A stretch of 64,000 nt of DNA from Thermodesulfobacteriota bacterium. Its GTDB lineage: Bacteria > Desulfobacterota > Binatia > UBA9968 > JAJDTQ01. The translations under genes were made by a program, and so were the position numbers. The stretch is taken from NCBI GenBank assembly GCA_965116735.1, contig OZ220712.1:4866534-4930533 (forward strand), given 5' to 3'. The notes beneath the pieces were generated by a model. It was not told the origin of the DNA, made no database searches, and worked only from the letters and a program-made list of their open reading frames with translations. This document shows, in pieces, positions 1 to 11,522 of this stretch (its first letter is position 1; each line of letters opens with the position of its first letter).

Positions 1-11
1 AGGGGCTTGAG

Positions 12-614
12 GTGAAGCTGGTGGTGGGCCTGGGCAACCCGGGCCGGCGATACGCGAACACGCGGCACAATCTCGGGTTCTTGTTGCTGGATCGCATCGC
101 GGAAGCCAGGGGCATCCGGGTCGGTGACGCCCGTTGCGAGTCCCTGGTGGGACGAGGCGAGAGGGAGTGGGATACGGTCTCCGCCGAGTGGTGGCCGCCG
201 CTGGTGCTGGCCAAGCCGCAGACCTACATGAACAACAGCGGTTTGGCCGTCGCCGCGCTCTTGAAGCGCTTTCAGGTCCGGGGCGCGGACCTGGTGGTGG
301 CCTACGACGACCTGGACCTGCCCTTCGGCCGCCTGCGCATCCGCTGCGGCGGGTCCGCCGGCGGACACCGGGGCCTGGCGTCGATCCTGCAGCATGTGGC
401 CGACCGTGACTTCGTCCGGCTCCGCATCGGCATCGGCCGTCCGCCCGCGGGCGTGGACCCGGTGGAATACGTGCTGCGCCCGTTCTCGGCCGAGGAGCGG
501 CAATCGTTGGAGGAGGTCCTGTCCAGGGCCGAGGAAGCGCTGGAAGCAATCGTACTGAAGGGCCCGGTACGGGCCATGGAAGATTTCAATCGACAAGAGC
601 CTGCCCCGCGGTAG
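12..614 (+). CDS. pth: peptidyl-tRNA hydrolase
   Basis: GTG start. The 200-aa product begins MKLVVGLGNPG..YANTRHNLGF, a canonical Pth N-terminus with the catalytic His region. Confidence 0.9.
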   Translation: MKLVVGLGNPGRRYANTRHNLGFLLLDRIAEARGIRVGDARCESLVGRGEREWDTVSAEWWPPLVLAKPQTYMNNSGLAVAALLKRFQVRGADLVVAYDDLDLPFGRLRIRCGGSAGGHRGLASILQHVADRDFVRLRIGIGRPPAGVDPVEYVLRPFSAEERQSLEEVLSRAEEALEAIVLKGPVRAMEDFNRQEPAPR

Positions 615-658
615 ATTCCGAGCTGCCCGGGCAGGCTTCTCAATAGAGGAGAGGGGTT

Positions 659-2707
<2,049 letters not shown>

Positions 2708-2762
2708 CACAGGACGCCAGGTTGTAAAGGGACCACCCCTGTGTTAAGAAAATCCGACGATT

Positions 2763-3299
2763 ATGGCTGAAGAAACAACCCATTACGAGACGCTTTTCAT
2801 CGTCCACCCGGTCCACAGCGGCAAGAACAAGGAGCTCTGTGACAGGTACCTGGGAGTTCTGGAAGGGCGAGGAGCAACGGTTACGCATTTCGAGGAATGG
2901 GGCATGCGCGACCTTGCCTACGCCATCGAGAAGCAGGGCAGAGGCTTCTACAACCTGGTGCAGTACCAGGCTTCGGCCGGGACCAGCGAGGAGCTCGAAC
3001 GGCTGATGCGGCTGAGCGACGAGGTCATGCGCTGCATGACCGTAGTCCTGGACGAGGACGTGCAATCCCTGGCGCGGACGGATGCCCCTGCGCCTGTTTC
3101 GGAACCGGAAGCGGCACCGGAGCCGACGGCGGCACCGGAAACAGAATCGGCACCTGCGGAAACGGCACCTGCGCCGGAATCAACCGCATCACCGGAACCG
3201 GCCTCGGCATCAGCGCCGGAATCGGAGCCGGAACCGGCCCCGGAGCCGGCGGAAGAACCCAAGGAACCCAAGGAAGTCCAGGAAGGCTCGGAAGCCTAG
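2763..3299 (+). CDS. rpsF: 30S ribosomal protein S6 with long Pro/Glu/Ala-rich C-terminal tail
   Basis: The N-terminal 100 aa match the S6 fold (YETLFIVHP...WGMRDLAYAI..GFYNLVQY). The C-terminal ~80 aa are a low-complexity PEPAPE tail. Confidence 0.85.
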   Translation: MAEETTHYETLFIVHPVHSGKNKELCDRYLGVLEGRGATVTHFEEWGMRDLAYAIEKQGRGFYNLVQYQASAGTSEELERLMRLSDEVMRCMTVVLDEDVQSLARTDAPAPVSEPEAAPEPTAAPETESAPAETAPAPESTASPEPASASAPESEPEPAPEPAEEPKEPKEVQEGSEA

Positions 3300-3352
3300 C
3301 GGCTTCAGGGACGCGGAACGGACCGATAGAACAGCGGGACGGCTAGGAAAAG

Positions 3353-3631
3353 ATGGCAGAATATCGCGGGAGAAGAGGTTCGGAAGATCACGATTCGCCG
3401 CCTCGCCGGCGCGGCATGTCGCGCCGCAAGGTGTGCCGCTTCTGCGCCAACAAGGATCTTCGTTTCGACTACAAGGACACCAAGCTCCTGAGCGGGTTCA
3501 TGACCGAGCGCGGCAAGATCACGCCGAGCCGCATCACCGGGACCTGTTGCTGGTGTCAACGACGCTTGTCCAAGGCAATCAAGCGGGCCCGTCTGGTAGC
3601 GTTACTCCCCTATACCACCGTAAAGCTCTGA
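3353..3631 (+). CDS. rpsR: 30S ribosomal protein S18
   Basis: [26 protein letters not shown]...QRRL..AIKRAR..ALLPY is the S18 signature. The start may be the internal ATG near 3416, giving 71 aa. Confidence 0.85.
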   Translation: MAEYRGRRGSEDHDSPPRRRGMSRRKVCRFCANKDLRFDYKDTKLLSGFMTERGKITPSRITGTCCWCQRRLSKAIKRARLVALLPYTTVKL

Positions 3632-3723
3632 TCCGGCGTCCCCCGCCTGGCGGCCTGTGACATGCGAACGCGCGGCAAATCGCGGGACCTCCCCGCCGTG
3701 GGCGGGCCGCGACGGGTCGGCTT

Positions 3724-4668
3724 ATGAAAGGGCTTGACACGCTGAAGTGGTTCGGCCTGGGCTTGGCCGCAACCCTGCTGCTCTTCTTCGCGGGGCTGAG
3801 GGTGCCGGTCGCCGGTCTGGTCGTGCTTCCGCTGGTGATCTTCCCGGCCCTGTACGTGGGCGTCAGGGTAGGGAAGCAGGCGGGGCTCCTGCTGCCGGCG
3901 GCGGCGGTGTTGTTCGTTTTCGCCATGGCCGGCCTGGAAGCCGCGGCAGTCTACCTGATCTTCGCGCTGGTGACGTTCTTGCTGTTCTTCTCCTTCGGGC
4001 GAGGGTGGTCCATTGCCACCATGGTGAGCGGCAACGCCATCTGCACGGTGGCGGTCATGCTGGTGGTGGCGACGGCGTTCGCGGGCTCGCTCTCGACCCT
4101 GTGGACGACGCTGAAGGCCGGCGCCCACGCCCAGGTCCTCGCGACCCTGGAAGTCTACCAGCGCATGGGCTTGGCCGGCGAAACCATCGAGTTCCTGCGG
4201 GAGCAGGCGGAACAGATGGCGGCGCTGTTCGTCCAGATGCTGCCCGCGATGATCTTTTTCGCCATCGGGGTCGCGGTGCTGGTGAACCTGGGGCTGCTGT
4301 CGTGGCAGTTCCCGCAGTATCGCGCGTTTTTCTTCGAGGCCGGAGACCTCAAGGAGTGGAAGTCGCCGGATCACATGGTATGGCTGTTGCTGGTTCCCAG
4401 CCTGGCGCTTTTTCTGCCCCTGGGAGAGGTGCTGCGCGCGCTGGCGGTGAACGTAGTCTTCGTATGCACCGTGTTCTACTTCTTCCACGGCCTTGCCATC
4501 GTCTCGTACTATTTTCATCACAAGAAGGTGCCGATGTTTTTTCGGGTGCTGGGATACCTGCTCATCGTCTTCGAGCAGGTTCTCACGGTGCTGGTCATCG
4601 GCCTGGGGTTCTTCGATCTGTGGGGCGATTTCCGTCGCCTCAAGCGGCGCACCGCGGGCCTGACCTGA
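3724..4668 (+). CDS. DUF2232 (YybS-like) integral membrane protein
   Basis: The 314-aa multi-TM protein is encoded between rpsR and rplI, the conserved position of yybS/DUF2232 genes. Confidence 0.55.
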   Translation: MKGLDTLKWFGLGLAATLLLFFAGLRVPVAGLVVLPLVIFPALYVGVRVGKQAGLLLPAAAVLFVFAMAGLEAAAVYLIFALVTFLLFFSFGRGWSIATMVSGNAICTVAVMLVVATAFAGSLSTLWTTLKAGAHAQVLATLEVYQRMGLAGETIEFLREQAEQMAALFVQMLPAMIFFAIGVAVLVNLGLLSWQFPQYRAFFFEAGDLKEWKSPDHMVWLLLVPSLALFLPLGEVLRALAVNVVFVCTVFYFFHGLAIVSYYFHHKKVPMFFRVLGYLLIVFEQVLTVLVIGLGFFDLWGDFRRLKRRTAGLT

Positions 4669-4678
4669 AGGAGATTCG

Positions 4679-5275
4679 ATGGAAGTCGTTCTGAAGGAAG
4701 ACATTGAAAACCTGGGCCACATGGGCGACGTGGTGAAGGTCAAGGACGGTTACGCCCGCAACTACCTGCTGCCCCGCGGCCTCGTGGTGCTGGCCAACCA
4801 GAAGAACCTCAAGGCCCTGGAGCACGAGCAACGCATGATCGCCCAACGCCGCGAGCGCCTCACCAAGGAGGCGCAAGGCATCAGCGACAACCTCGCGGGA
4901 GTGTCCCTTGAGTTCACCGCCAAGGTGGGCGAGGAAGGCAGGCTCTTCGGCTCGGTGACCACCATGGACATCGAGAAGGCCCTCAAGGAGCAGGGCTTCG
5001 AGGTCGAGCGCCGCAGAATCGTCCTCGACGCCCCCATCAAGAACGTGGGCGATTACGAGGTCCCCATCCGCCTGCGGCCCGAAGTGATGCCCAGCATCAA
5101 AGTGAAGGTGATGTCGGAGGATCAGCCGGAGGGCGGGGAAGCTCAGGCCGAGGCCGCGGTTAGTGAGGCTGAAACCGCTTCTGCCGAAGCTGTCGATGGT
5201 GATGCGCCGTCGAGCGAAGGTGAAGAGGGGTCCACTGAGGGAGACCGCAGCGAACCTTCAACCGCGTCCGAATAG
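4679..5275 (+). CDS. rplI: 50S ribosomal protein L9 with acidic C-terminal extension
   Basis: MEVVLKEDIENLGHMGDVVKVKDGYARNYLLP is the L9 N-terminus. There is a C-terminal extension of about 45 aa rich in E/A/S. Confidence 0.9.
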   Translation: MEVVLKEDIENLGHMGDVVKVKDGYARNYLLPRGLVVLANQKNLKALEHEQRMIAQRRERLTKEAQGISDNLAGVSLEFTAKVGEEGRLFGSVTTMDIEKALKEQGFEVERRRIVLDAPIKNVGDYEVPIRLRPEVMPSIKVKVMSEDQPEGGEAQAEAAVSEAETASAEAVDGDAPSSEGEEGSTEGDRSEPSTASE

Positions 5276-5396
5276 ATGTCCCCGGCCTTCGACAAAGTGA
5301 TGGCCGGGCTCGATGATGCCCGTGCATACCTGAAGGGCGCCCGCGACGGTTTCGAGTTGCATGAAGTTGAAGTGCCGGAGCCGCCTCTCACAACCG

Positions 5397-6320
5397 CTAG
5401 TCCATCAACTCCACCGCCGCCGCGCTGATGTGCTCGGCGGAGAGTCCGTACTTCCCGTAGAGTCCCTCGGTGTCGCCGGATTCGGCGAACTCGGTGACGC
5501 CGACGCGCCGGACGCGGCCGCGGCCGAGCTCTGCCACGGCTTCGGCCACGGCGCTGCCGAGGCCGCCGGCGATGCCGTGGTCCTCCACGGTGACGATCCT
5601 GCCGTGGCTTGACGCCACGGATTCGATGAACTCGGTGTCGATGGGCTTGATGGTGTGGATGTTGACCACCTGGGCGTTGATGCCTTGTTCGGCCAGCAGG
5701 TCGGCGGCCTTGAGGACGTTCTCAATGACCGCGCCGGTTCCCACGAGTGACACGTCCGCGCCTTCGCGCAACACCACGGCCTTGCCGAAACGGAACTCGT
5801 AGCCCTCGCCGTTGACGTCGGCGACCTTCTGGCGGGTGAGCCTGAGGAACACCGGGCCTTCGTGCTGCGTGATGTACTCCACCGCGCCGCGGGTCTCGAT
5901 GGCGTCCGCGGGTTGCACCACCGCCATGTTGGGCAGCGTGCGCATGAGCCCCACGTCCTCGGTGGCCATCTGGCTGTAGCCGTCCTCGCCGATGCCGATG
6001 CCGGCGTGGGTGCCGACGATCTTGACGTTGGCGCGGTTGTAGGCCACGGCCATGCGGATCTGCTCGAAGCGGCCCACCACGAAGCAGGCGAAGCTGCAGA
6101 TGAAGGGGATCTTGCCGGCCAGGGCCATGCCGGCCCCGACGCCCACCATGTTTCCCTCGGCGATGCCGACGTCGAAGAAGCGGTCGGGATGCTTGCGCGA
6201 GAATTCGTCGGTCATGGTGGACTTCCGGAGGTCGGCGTCGAGGACGACGATGTCCGGGTTGTCGTCGGCCAGCCGGCTGACGGTTTCGCCGAAGGTTACG
6301 CGTGTTGCGGTTGCGCTCAT
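5397..6320 (-). CDS. transketolase, C-terminal (pyrimidine-binding) subunit
   Basis: The 307-aa product matches the C-terminal half of a split transketolase (GIAEGNMVGVGAGMA, VGTHAGIGIGEDG). Confidence 0.85.
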   Translation of the reverse strand: MSATATRVTFGETVSRLADDNPDIVVLDADLRKSTMTDEFSRKHPDRFFDVGIAEGNMVGVGAGMALAGKIPFICSFACFVVGRFEQIRMAVAYNRANVKIVGTHAGIGIGEDGYSQMATEDVGLMRTLPNMAVVQPADAIETRGAVEYITQHEGPVFLRLTRQKVADVNGEGYEFRFGKAVVLREGADVSLVGTGAVIENVLKAADLLAEQGINAQVVNIHTIKPIDTEFIESVASSHGRIVTVEDHGIAGGLGSAVAEAVAELGRGRVRRVGVTEFAESGDTEGLYGKYGLSAEHISAAAVELMD

Positions 6321-6376
6321 GTGCTCTTCCTTGCTGCCTGGGGAAGCCTGTATCCGCCCACGACGGGTGCGGGCAC

Positions 6377-6402
6377 GGGCGGGTTTGAAACCCGCCCCTA
6401 CA
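6377..6402. repeat. REP-like palindromic element, family 1 (gggcgggtttgaaacccgcccctaca)
   Basis: A perfect 10-bp stem (gggcgggttt/aaacccgccc) lies between the two transketolase subunit genes. Related copies occur at 15397-15422 (inverted), 26858-26883, 52623-52641 and 61873-61902. Confidence 0.75.
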
Positions 6403-6429
6403 ACGTCACGGCCGTCTCCTACACGCCTA

Positions 6430-7260
6430 TCAAGGCGCCGCCGGCGCGCCGTTGACGATCTCTTCGATGGCGCGGTCGCCTTCTTCTCGGCTGGGGGCCT
6501 TGCCGTGCCACTCCCAGCGGTTCTCCATGAAGCTGACGCCCTTGCCCTTGACGGTCTGGCAGACGATCATGGTAGGGCCGTTGTGGTGCTCTTCCGCGGT
6601 CTTCAGCGCGTCGAGGATGGCGGGGAAGCTGTGGCCGTCGATTTCCAGGGTGTTCCAATTGAAGGCGCGCCACTTGTCCAGCAGCGGCTCCAAGCTCATG
6701 ATGTCGTCCGTCACGCCGCTCAACTGGATGTGGTTGTAGTCCATGAGCACGCAAAGGTTATCGAGCTTGAAGCGGGGCGCGGACATGGCCGCCTCCCAGA
6801 TCTGTCCGGCCTGGCATTCGCCGTCGCTGATGACGCAGTAGGTGCGGTAGTCCTTGCCGCCGGTCTTGCCGGCCAGCGCCATTCCCACGGCCACCGACAG
6901 ACCCTGTCCGAGGGAGCCGGTGGAGGCCTCGACATAGGGGAAGCGGTGCCGGTCCGGGTGTCCCTGCATCCGGCTGTTGAGCTTGCGCAGGCTCAGCGTC
7001 TCCTCCCGCTCGAGGTAGCCGGCCCGCGCCAGGGCGGCGTAGACCGCGGGCACGCAGTGCCCCTTGGAGAGCACGAAGCGGTCCCGGTCCGGCCAGTCGG
7101 GCTGGTCCGGGCGGTGGCGCATCTGGTGGAAGTAGAGCGCGGTCACGATGTCCGTGCAGGACAGCGAGCCGCCGGGATGGCCGGAGCCCGCCTCCACCAG
7201 CATGCGGATCACGTCGACCCTGATTTCCTTGGCTATGGCCTCGAGTTCCGGGATCGTCAT
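6430..7260 (-). CDS. transketolase, N-terminal (TPP-binding) subunit
   Basis: The 276-aa product carries the GHPGGSLS TPP-binding motif and lies immediately upstream of the C-terminal subunit gene. Confidence 0.85.
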   Translation of the reverse strand: MTIPELEAIAKEIRVDVIRMLVEAGSGHPGGSLSCTDIVTALYFHQMRHRPDQPDWPDRDRFVLSKGHCVPAVYAALARAGYLEREETLSLRKLNSRMQGHPDRHRFPYVEASTGSLGQGLSVAVGMALAGKTGGKDYRTYCVISDGECQAGQIWEAAMSAPRFKLDNLCVLMDYNHIQLSGVTDDIMSLEPLLDKWRAFNWNTLEIDGHSFPAILDALKTAEEHHNGPTMIVCQTVKGKGVSFMENRWEWHGKAPSREEGDRAIEEIVNGAPAAP

Positions 7261-7263
7261 AGG

Positions 7264-8079
7264 TTACACCATGGTCTGCCCGCCGCAGATGTTGAGAGCC
7301 TGTCCGGTAATGCCGGACGCCTTGTCCGATGCCAGGTACACCGCGAAGCGGGCGATCTCCTCCGGGTCCAGGAAGCGCCGGATCGGCACGCCCGCGAGCG
7401 CCTGTTGCTTGAACGACTCGGGATCCGTTCCCTGTTGCGCGGCGATCTGCTCGATGCCGGCGCGGGACATCTCCGTGTCCACCCAGCCGGGGCAAAGGGC
7501 GTTGACGGTGATGCCGCGGGAGACCAGCTCCAGCGCCAGCGCCCGGGTGAAGCCGATGAGGCCGTGCTTGCTGGCACAGTAGGCGGCATAGCCGGGGACG
7601 CCGAACTTGCCGAGCACCGAGGACATGTTGATGATGCGGCCGTCACCGTCCCCGCTCATGATGCCCAGCACTTCCTTGGTCAACAGGTAGACGCCGGTCA
7701 GATTCGTATCGACGATGGTATGCCACAGACCGTCGTCGGGGTCATCCATGGGCGTCATACCCGAGGTCCCGGCATTGTTCACCAGGATATGAACCCGGCC
7801 CCAGCGGTCCCGGATCGTGTTCACGCAATCGCGGATGCCGGTCCTGTCCCTGACGTCGACCGGAACCGGCAGCACCGAATGGCCTTCGGCCCGGAACTCC
7901 TCGGCCACCGCCTCGAGCCTCGCTCCATCGCGCGCCGCGATGACGACCCGGGCGCCCTCCTGGGCCATGGCCCGCGCCACCGCCTTGCCGATGCCGGTGC
8001 CGCCGCCCGTGACCAGCGCTACTCTCTCCGACAATTCCATGGCTCCAACCGTCCCCTCGGAATCAGAATCGACCGACAA
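7264..8079 (-). CDS. SDR-family oxidoreductase (3-oxoacyl-ACP reductase-like)
   Basis: VALVTGGGTGIGKA Rossmann motif, NNAG, and the catalytic YAAYCASK motif. The true start is probably MELSERVALVTGG at about 8040. Confidence 0.8.
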   Translation of the reverse strand: MSVDSDSEGTVGAMELSERVALVTGGGTGIGKAVARAMAQEGARVVIAARDGARLEAVAEEFRAEGHSVLPVPVDVRDRTGIRDCVNTIRDRWGRVHILVNNAGTSGMTPMDDPDDGLWHTIVDTNLTGVYLLTKEVLGIMSGDGDGRIINMSSVLGKFGVPGYAAYCASKHGLIGFTRALALELVSRGITVNALCPGWVDTEMSRAGIEQIAAQQGTDPESFKQQALAGVPIRRFLDPEEIARFAVYLASDKASGITGQALNICGGQTMV

Positions 8080-8091
8080 CGCGACGCGGGC

Positions 8092-8136
8092 AGGCCCTCA
8101 CCCGGCCTTCGGCCACCCTCTCCCGGAGGGAGAGGG
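8092..8136. repeat. solo arm of the same palindromic repeat family
   Basis: gccctcacccggccttcggccaccctctcccggagggagagggg lies between the sdhB stop and the SDR gene. It shares the gccctcaccc ... ccctctccc-N4-gggagaggg architecture. Confidence 0.6.
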
Positions 8137-8149
8137 GAAATTTGACTGG

Positions 8150-8926
8150 TCAGGACCCCTTGCCGCTCAGCGCCCCGAGCAGCCGCGCGATGGGGTCGTA
8201 GAACCGCGTCACCACGCGTTCCTTCAGGGGGATGATGGAGTTGTCGGTGATCTTGATGTGCTCCGGACAGACCTCGGTGCAGCACTTGGTGATGTTGCAG
8301 AAGCCCAGCCCGGCCTCCTTGCGCAGGAACTCCAGCCGGTCGTCGGTGTCCAGCGGGTGCATCTCCAGGCTCGCCACCCGCACGAAGAGACGCGGCCCCG
8401 CAAAGCTCGGCTTGTTGTCGTCGTGGTCGCGGATGACGTGGCAGACGTTCTGGCACAGGAAGCACTCGATGCACTTGTGGAATTCCTGCACCCGGTCGAT
8501 GTCCTCCTGGTACATGCGCCGGGTGCCGTCGGCCTCCTTGGGCTTGGGCTTGAACGGCGGGACGGTCTTGGCTTTCTCGTAGTTGTACGATACGTCGGTC
8601 ACGAGGTCGCGGATCAGCGGGAAGGTCTTGATGGGGGCCACGGTGATGGTCTCGCCGGGCTCGAACGTGTTCATGCGCGTCATGCACATGAGCCGCGGCT
8701 TGCCGTTGACCTCGGCGCTGCACGAGCCGCACTTTCCGGCCTTGCAGTTCCAGCGCACGGCAAGGTCGCCGGCGTGCATGGCCTGGATGGCGTGGATCAC
8801 GTCCAGCACCACCATGCCCTCCTGGAGCGGCACGGTGTAGTCCCTGAACTCCCCGCCGCCGGCGTCGCCGCGCCAGACTCGCATTTTCGCTTCGCCACCG
8901 TTTCCTGCGACCGCTGCTTCAGACAT
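8150..8926 (-). CDS. sdhB: succinate dehydrogenase/fumarate reductase iron-sulfur subunit
   Basis: 2Fe-2S motif CKAGKCGSC and 4Fe-4S cysteine clusters (CIECFLCQNVC, CNITKCCTEVCP). The start ATG at 8926 overlaps the stop of the upstream flavoprotein gene. Confidence 0.85.
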   Translation of the reverse strand: MSEAAVAGNGGEAKMRVWRGDAGGGEFRDYTVPLQEGMVVLDVIHAIQAMHAGDLAVRWNCKAGKCGSCSAEVNGKPRLMCMTRMNTFEPGETITVAPIKTFPLIRDLVTDVSYNYEKAKTVPPFKPKPKEADGTRRMYQEDIDRVQEFHKCIECFLCQNVCHVIRDHDDNKPSFAGPRLFVRVASLEMHPLDTDDRLEFLRKEAGLGFCNITKCCTEVCPEHIKITDNSIIPLKERVVTRFYDPIARLLGALSGKGS

Positions 8927-10727
8927 CAAACTTGCTCCTCGACGATCTTCCTGAGCTCCTCGGGCATCTCCGGCAGGGTCTCGAGGAGACCGAGATGGTT
9001 CCGTTCTGCTTGCGCGTAACCACGTTGACGCTGCCGTACTTGGGGTCGGGGTCGGGGTAGTCGTCCCGGGTGTGGCCGCCGCGGCTTTCCTTGCACTCAA
9101 GGGCCGACAGGGTGGCGGCCTCGGCCACGGCCAACAGGTTGCGCAGGTCCAGCGCCAGGTGCCAGCCGGGGTTGAAGCGCCGGCCGCCCTCGACCTTCAC
9201 CCGCTCCGCCCGGTCCTTGTACGCCGCGACCTCCTCCATCGCCTTCAGCATCTCGCTCTCGGTGCGGATGATGCCGACGAGGTTGTGCATGGTGCGCTGG
9301 AGGTCCATGTGGATGGCGTAGGGGTTCTCGTCGCCGCGGTCGGTGAAGGGCTCCAGCATCAGCGTCGTGATCCGGTCCACTTCGGCCGGATCGGCCTTTG
9401 CCGCCGCCTCCGCGCCCAGGGCGTAGTCCGCGGCCGATTCACCGGCGATACGTCCGAACACCAGCAGGTCGGACAGGGAGTTGCCGCCGAGCCGGTTGGC
9501 GCCGTGCAGCCCGCCGGCCACCTCACCCGCGGCGTACAGGCCCGGCACCGCGGTGGCGGAGGTGTCCGCGTCCACCCGGACGCCGCCCATGATGTAGTGG
9601 CAGGTTGGCCCCACCTCCATGGCTTCCTTGGTGATGTCCACGTCCGCCAGCTCCTTGAACTGGTGGTACATGGACGGCAGCCGCCGCATGATGTACTCCG
9701 AGTCGCGGCGGTTGGCGATGTCCAGGTAGACGCCGCCGTGCTCCGTCCCGCGGCCGGCCTTGACCTCGGAGTTGATGGCCCTGGCCACTTCATCCCGGGG
9801 CAGCAGGTCCGGGGTGCGGCGGTTGTTCTTCTTGTCCTGGTACCACGCGTCCGCCTCGGCCTCGTTGTCGGCGGTCTCCGCCTTGAAGAACTCCGGGATG
9901 TAGTTGAACATGAAGCGTTCGCCCTCGGAGTTGAGCAACGTGCCGCCGTCGCCGCGCACGCCCTCGGTCACCAGGATGCCGCGCACGCTGGGGGGCCAGA
10001 CCATGCCGGTGGGGTGGAACTGCACCTTCTCCATGTCGATGAGGTCGGCGCCCACCTCCATCGCCATGCCCATGCCGTCGCCGCTGTATTCCCAGGAATT
10101 GGAGGTCACCTGCCAGCACTTGCCGGAGCCGCCGGTGGCCAGCACCACGGCCTTGCAGTTGAACACGATCAGCTCGCCGCTCTCGCGCCAATAGCCCACC
10201 GCCCCGCTCACCCGGCCGTCGTTCATCAGCAGGTGCTGGATGTTGCACTCCATGTAGACGTCGATGCCCAGCGCCACGGCGCGCTGCTGGAGCGTGCGGA
10301 TCATTTCCAGGCCGGTGCGGTCGCCCACGTGCGCCAGCCGCGCGTAGCGATGGCCGCCGAAGTCGCGTTGCAGGATCAGCCCCTCGTCGGTGCGGTCGAA
10401 CAGCGCGCCCCATTCCTCCAACTCCAGCACCCGGTCGGGGGCCTGCTGGGCGTGGATCTGCGCCATGCGCCAGTTGTTCAGGAGCTTGCCGCCGCGCATG
10501 GTGTCGCGGAAGTGGACCTTCCAGTTGTCCTCCGGCCAGACGTTCCCCATGGCCGCGGCGATGCCGCCCTCGGCCATGACCGTGTGGGCCTTGCCCAGCA
10601 GCGACTTGCAGATGATGGCGGTCCTGCAGCCCTTGTCGTGGGCCTCGATGCCGGCCCGCAACCCGGCGCCGCCGGCCCCCACCACCACCACGTCGTAGTC
10701 GTGCGTCTCGTAGCTCTCCCCGGCCAT
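8919..10727 (-). CDS. sdhA: succinate dehydrogenase/fumarate reductase flavoprotein subunit (covalent-FAD type)
   Basis: DVVVVGAGGAGLRAG dinucleotide-binding motif, covalent-FAD His in GKAHTVMAEGG, HYIMGG and ESRGGHTRDDYP. The last ~20 codons as called look out of frame (see findings). Confidence 0.85.
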   Translation of the reverse strand: MAGESYETHDYDVVVVGAGGAGLRAGIEAHDKGCRTAIICKSLLGKAHTVMAEGGIAAAMGNVWPEDNWKVHFRDTMRGGKLLNNWRMAQIHAQQAPDRVLELEEWGALFDRTDEGLILQRDFGGHRYARLAHVGDRTGLEMIRTLQQRAVALGIDVYMECNIQHLLMNDGRVSGAVGYWRESGELIVFNCKAVVLATGGSGKCWQVTSNSWEYSGDGMGMAMEVGADLIDMEKVQFHPTGMVWPPSVRGILVTEGVRGDGGTLLNSEGERFMFNYIPEFFKAETADNEAEADAWYQDKKNNRRTPDLLPRDEVARAINSEVKAGRGTEHGGVYLDIANRRDSEYIMRRLPSMYHQFKELADVDITKEAMEVGPTCHYIMGGVRVDADTSATAVPGLYAAGEVAGGLHGANRLGGNSLSDLLVFGRIAGESAADYALGAEAAAKADPAEVDRITTLMLEPFTDRGDENPYAIHMDLQRTMHNLVGIIRTESEMLKAMEEVAAYKDRAERVKVEGGRRFNPGWHLALDLRNLLAVAEAATLSALECKESRGGHTRDDYPDPDPKYGSVNVVTRKQNGTISVSSRPCRRCPRSSGRSSRSKFDV

Positions 10728-11485
10728 CAGATGATCCTCAGATCCTGGATCATGCCGTGGGCCAGCAGCCGGACGTAGACGTCGGTCAGGCCCACCCACA
10801 CGAGGCTCACCCAGGCGATCTGCATGTGCTTCTCGTTCAGCTTGGTGACGATGCCCCAGACCTTGAAGCGACCGGGTGCGGCCTTGAAGCTGTTGAGCCC
10901 GCCTCCGCACAGGTGCCGGCAGGAGTGGCAGGAGAAACTGTAGAGGGACAGCAGGGCGGCGTTGGCGATCAGCACCAGCGTTCCCAGGCCGATGCCGAAG
11001 CTGCCGCCGAAGTTGAACGCGATGATGGCGTCCCACCACAGGAACACCAGGATCGGTATCGATGCCCAGAAGAAGTAGCGGTGGACGTTCTGCAGGATGA
11101 ACGGAAAACGTGTCTCGCCGGAGTAGCTGCTGGCCGCATCCTTCACCGCGCACGCTGGCGGCGACCAGAAGAACGACCGGTAGTAGGCCTTGCGGTAGTA
11201 GTAGCAGGTCAGGCGGAAGCCGCCCGGGATCCACAAGATCAGGATCGCCGGCGACCAGTTGTACCACGACCCGAACAGCGGCACGCTCACGTGCTCGCAG
11301 TTGATGGCGAGGCAGGGCGAGTAGAACGGCGAAAGGTACGGCGCCGCGTAGTAGTTGCCGTTCTGGAGCGCGGCCCAGGTCGAATAGACCGCAAACGCGC
11401 CCAGACCCAACACCACCAACATGGGCTCCACCCACCAGGTGTCCTGCCGCAGGGTTCTCTTGTTGTCGATTGCTACGGTACTCAT
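10727..11485 (-). CDS. sdhC: succinate dehydrogenase cytochrome b / membrane anchor subunit
   Basis: The 252-aa polytopic membrane protein with conserved His/Cys lies immediately upstream of sdhA-sdhB. The order anchor-flavoprotein-FeS matches actinobacterial Sdh1-type operons. Confidence 0.65.
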   Translation of the reverse strand: MSTVAIDNKRTLRQDTWWVEPMLVVLGLGAFAVYSTWAALQNGNYYAAPYLSPFYSPCLAINCEHVSVPLFGSWYNWSPAILILWIPGGFRLTCYYYRKAYYRSFFWSPPACAVKDAASSYSGETRFPFILQNVHRYFFWASIPILVFLWWDAIIAFNFGGSFGIGLGTLVLIANAALLSLYSFSCHSCRHLCGGGLNSFKAAPGRFKVWGIVTKLNEKHMQIAWVSLVWVGLTDVYVRLLAHGMIQDLRII

Positions 11486-11522
11486 GATTTGACGGTGTCC
11501 GCGCTCCTTTTCGCGTGTGGCC

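Noticed and set aside
3610-4743. 377-aa ORF antisense to the DUF2232 membrane protein gene
   Set aside because: It has Arg/Gln/His-rich junk composition and lies opposite a gene with a clear membrane-protein signal. It is a high-GC spurious ORF.
6052-8145. 697-aa plus-strand ORF spanning the transketolase and SDR loci
   Set aside because: It is antisense to three well-supported genes and has low-complexity R/A/G-rich translation.
9072-10778. 568-aa plus-strand ORF opposite sdhA
   Set aside because: It is antisense to a highly conserved flavoprotein gene, with no motifs and biased composition.
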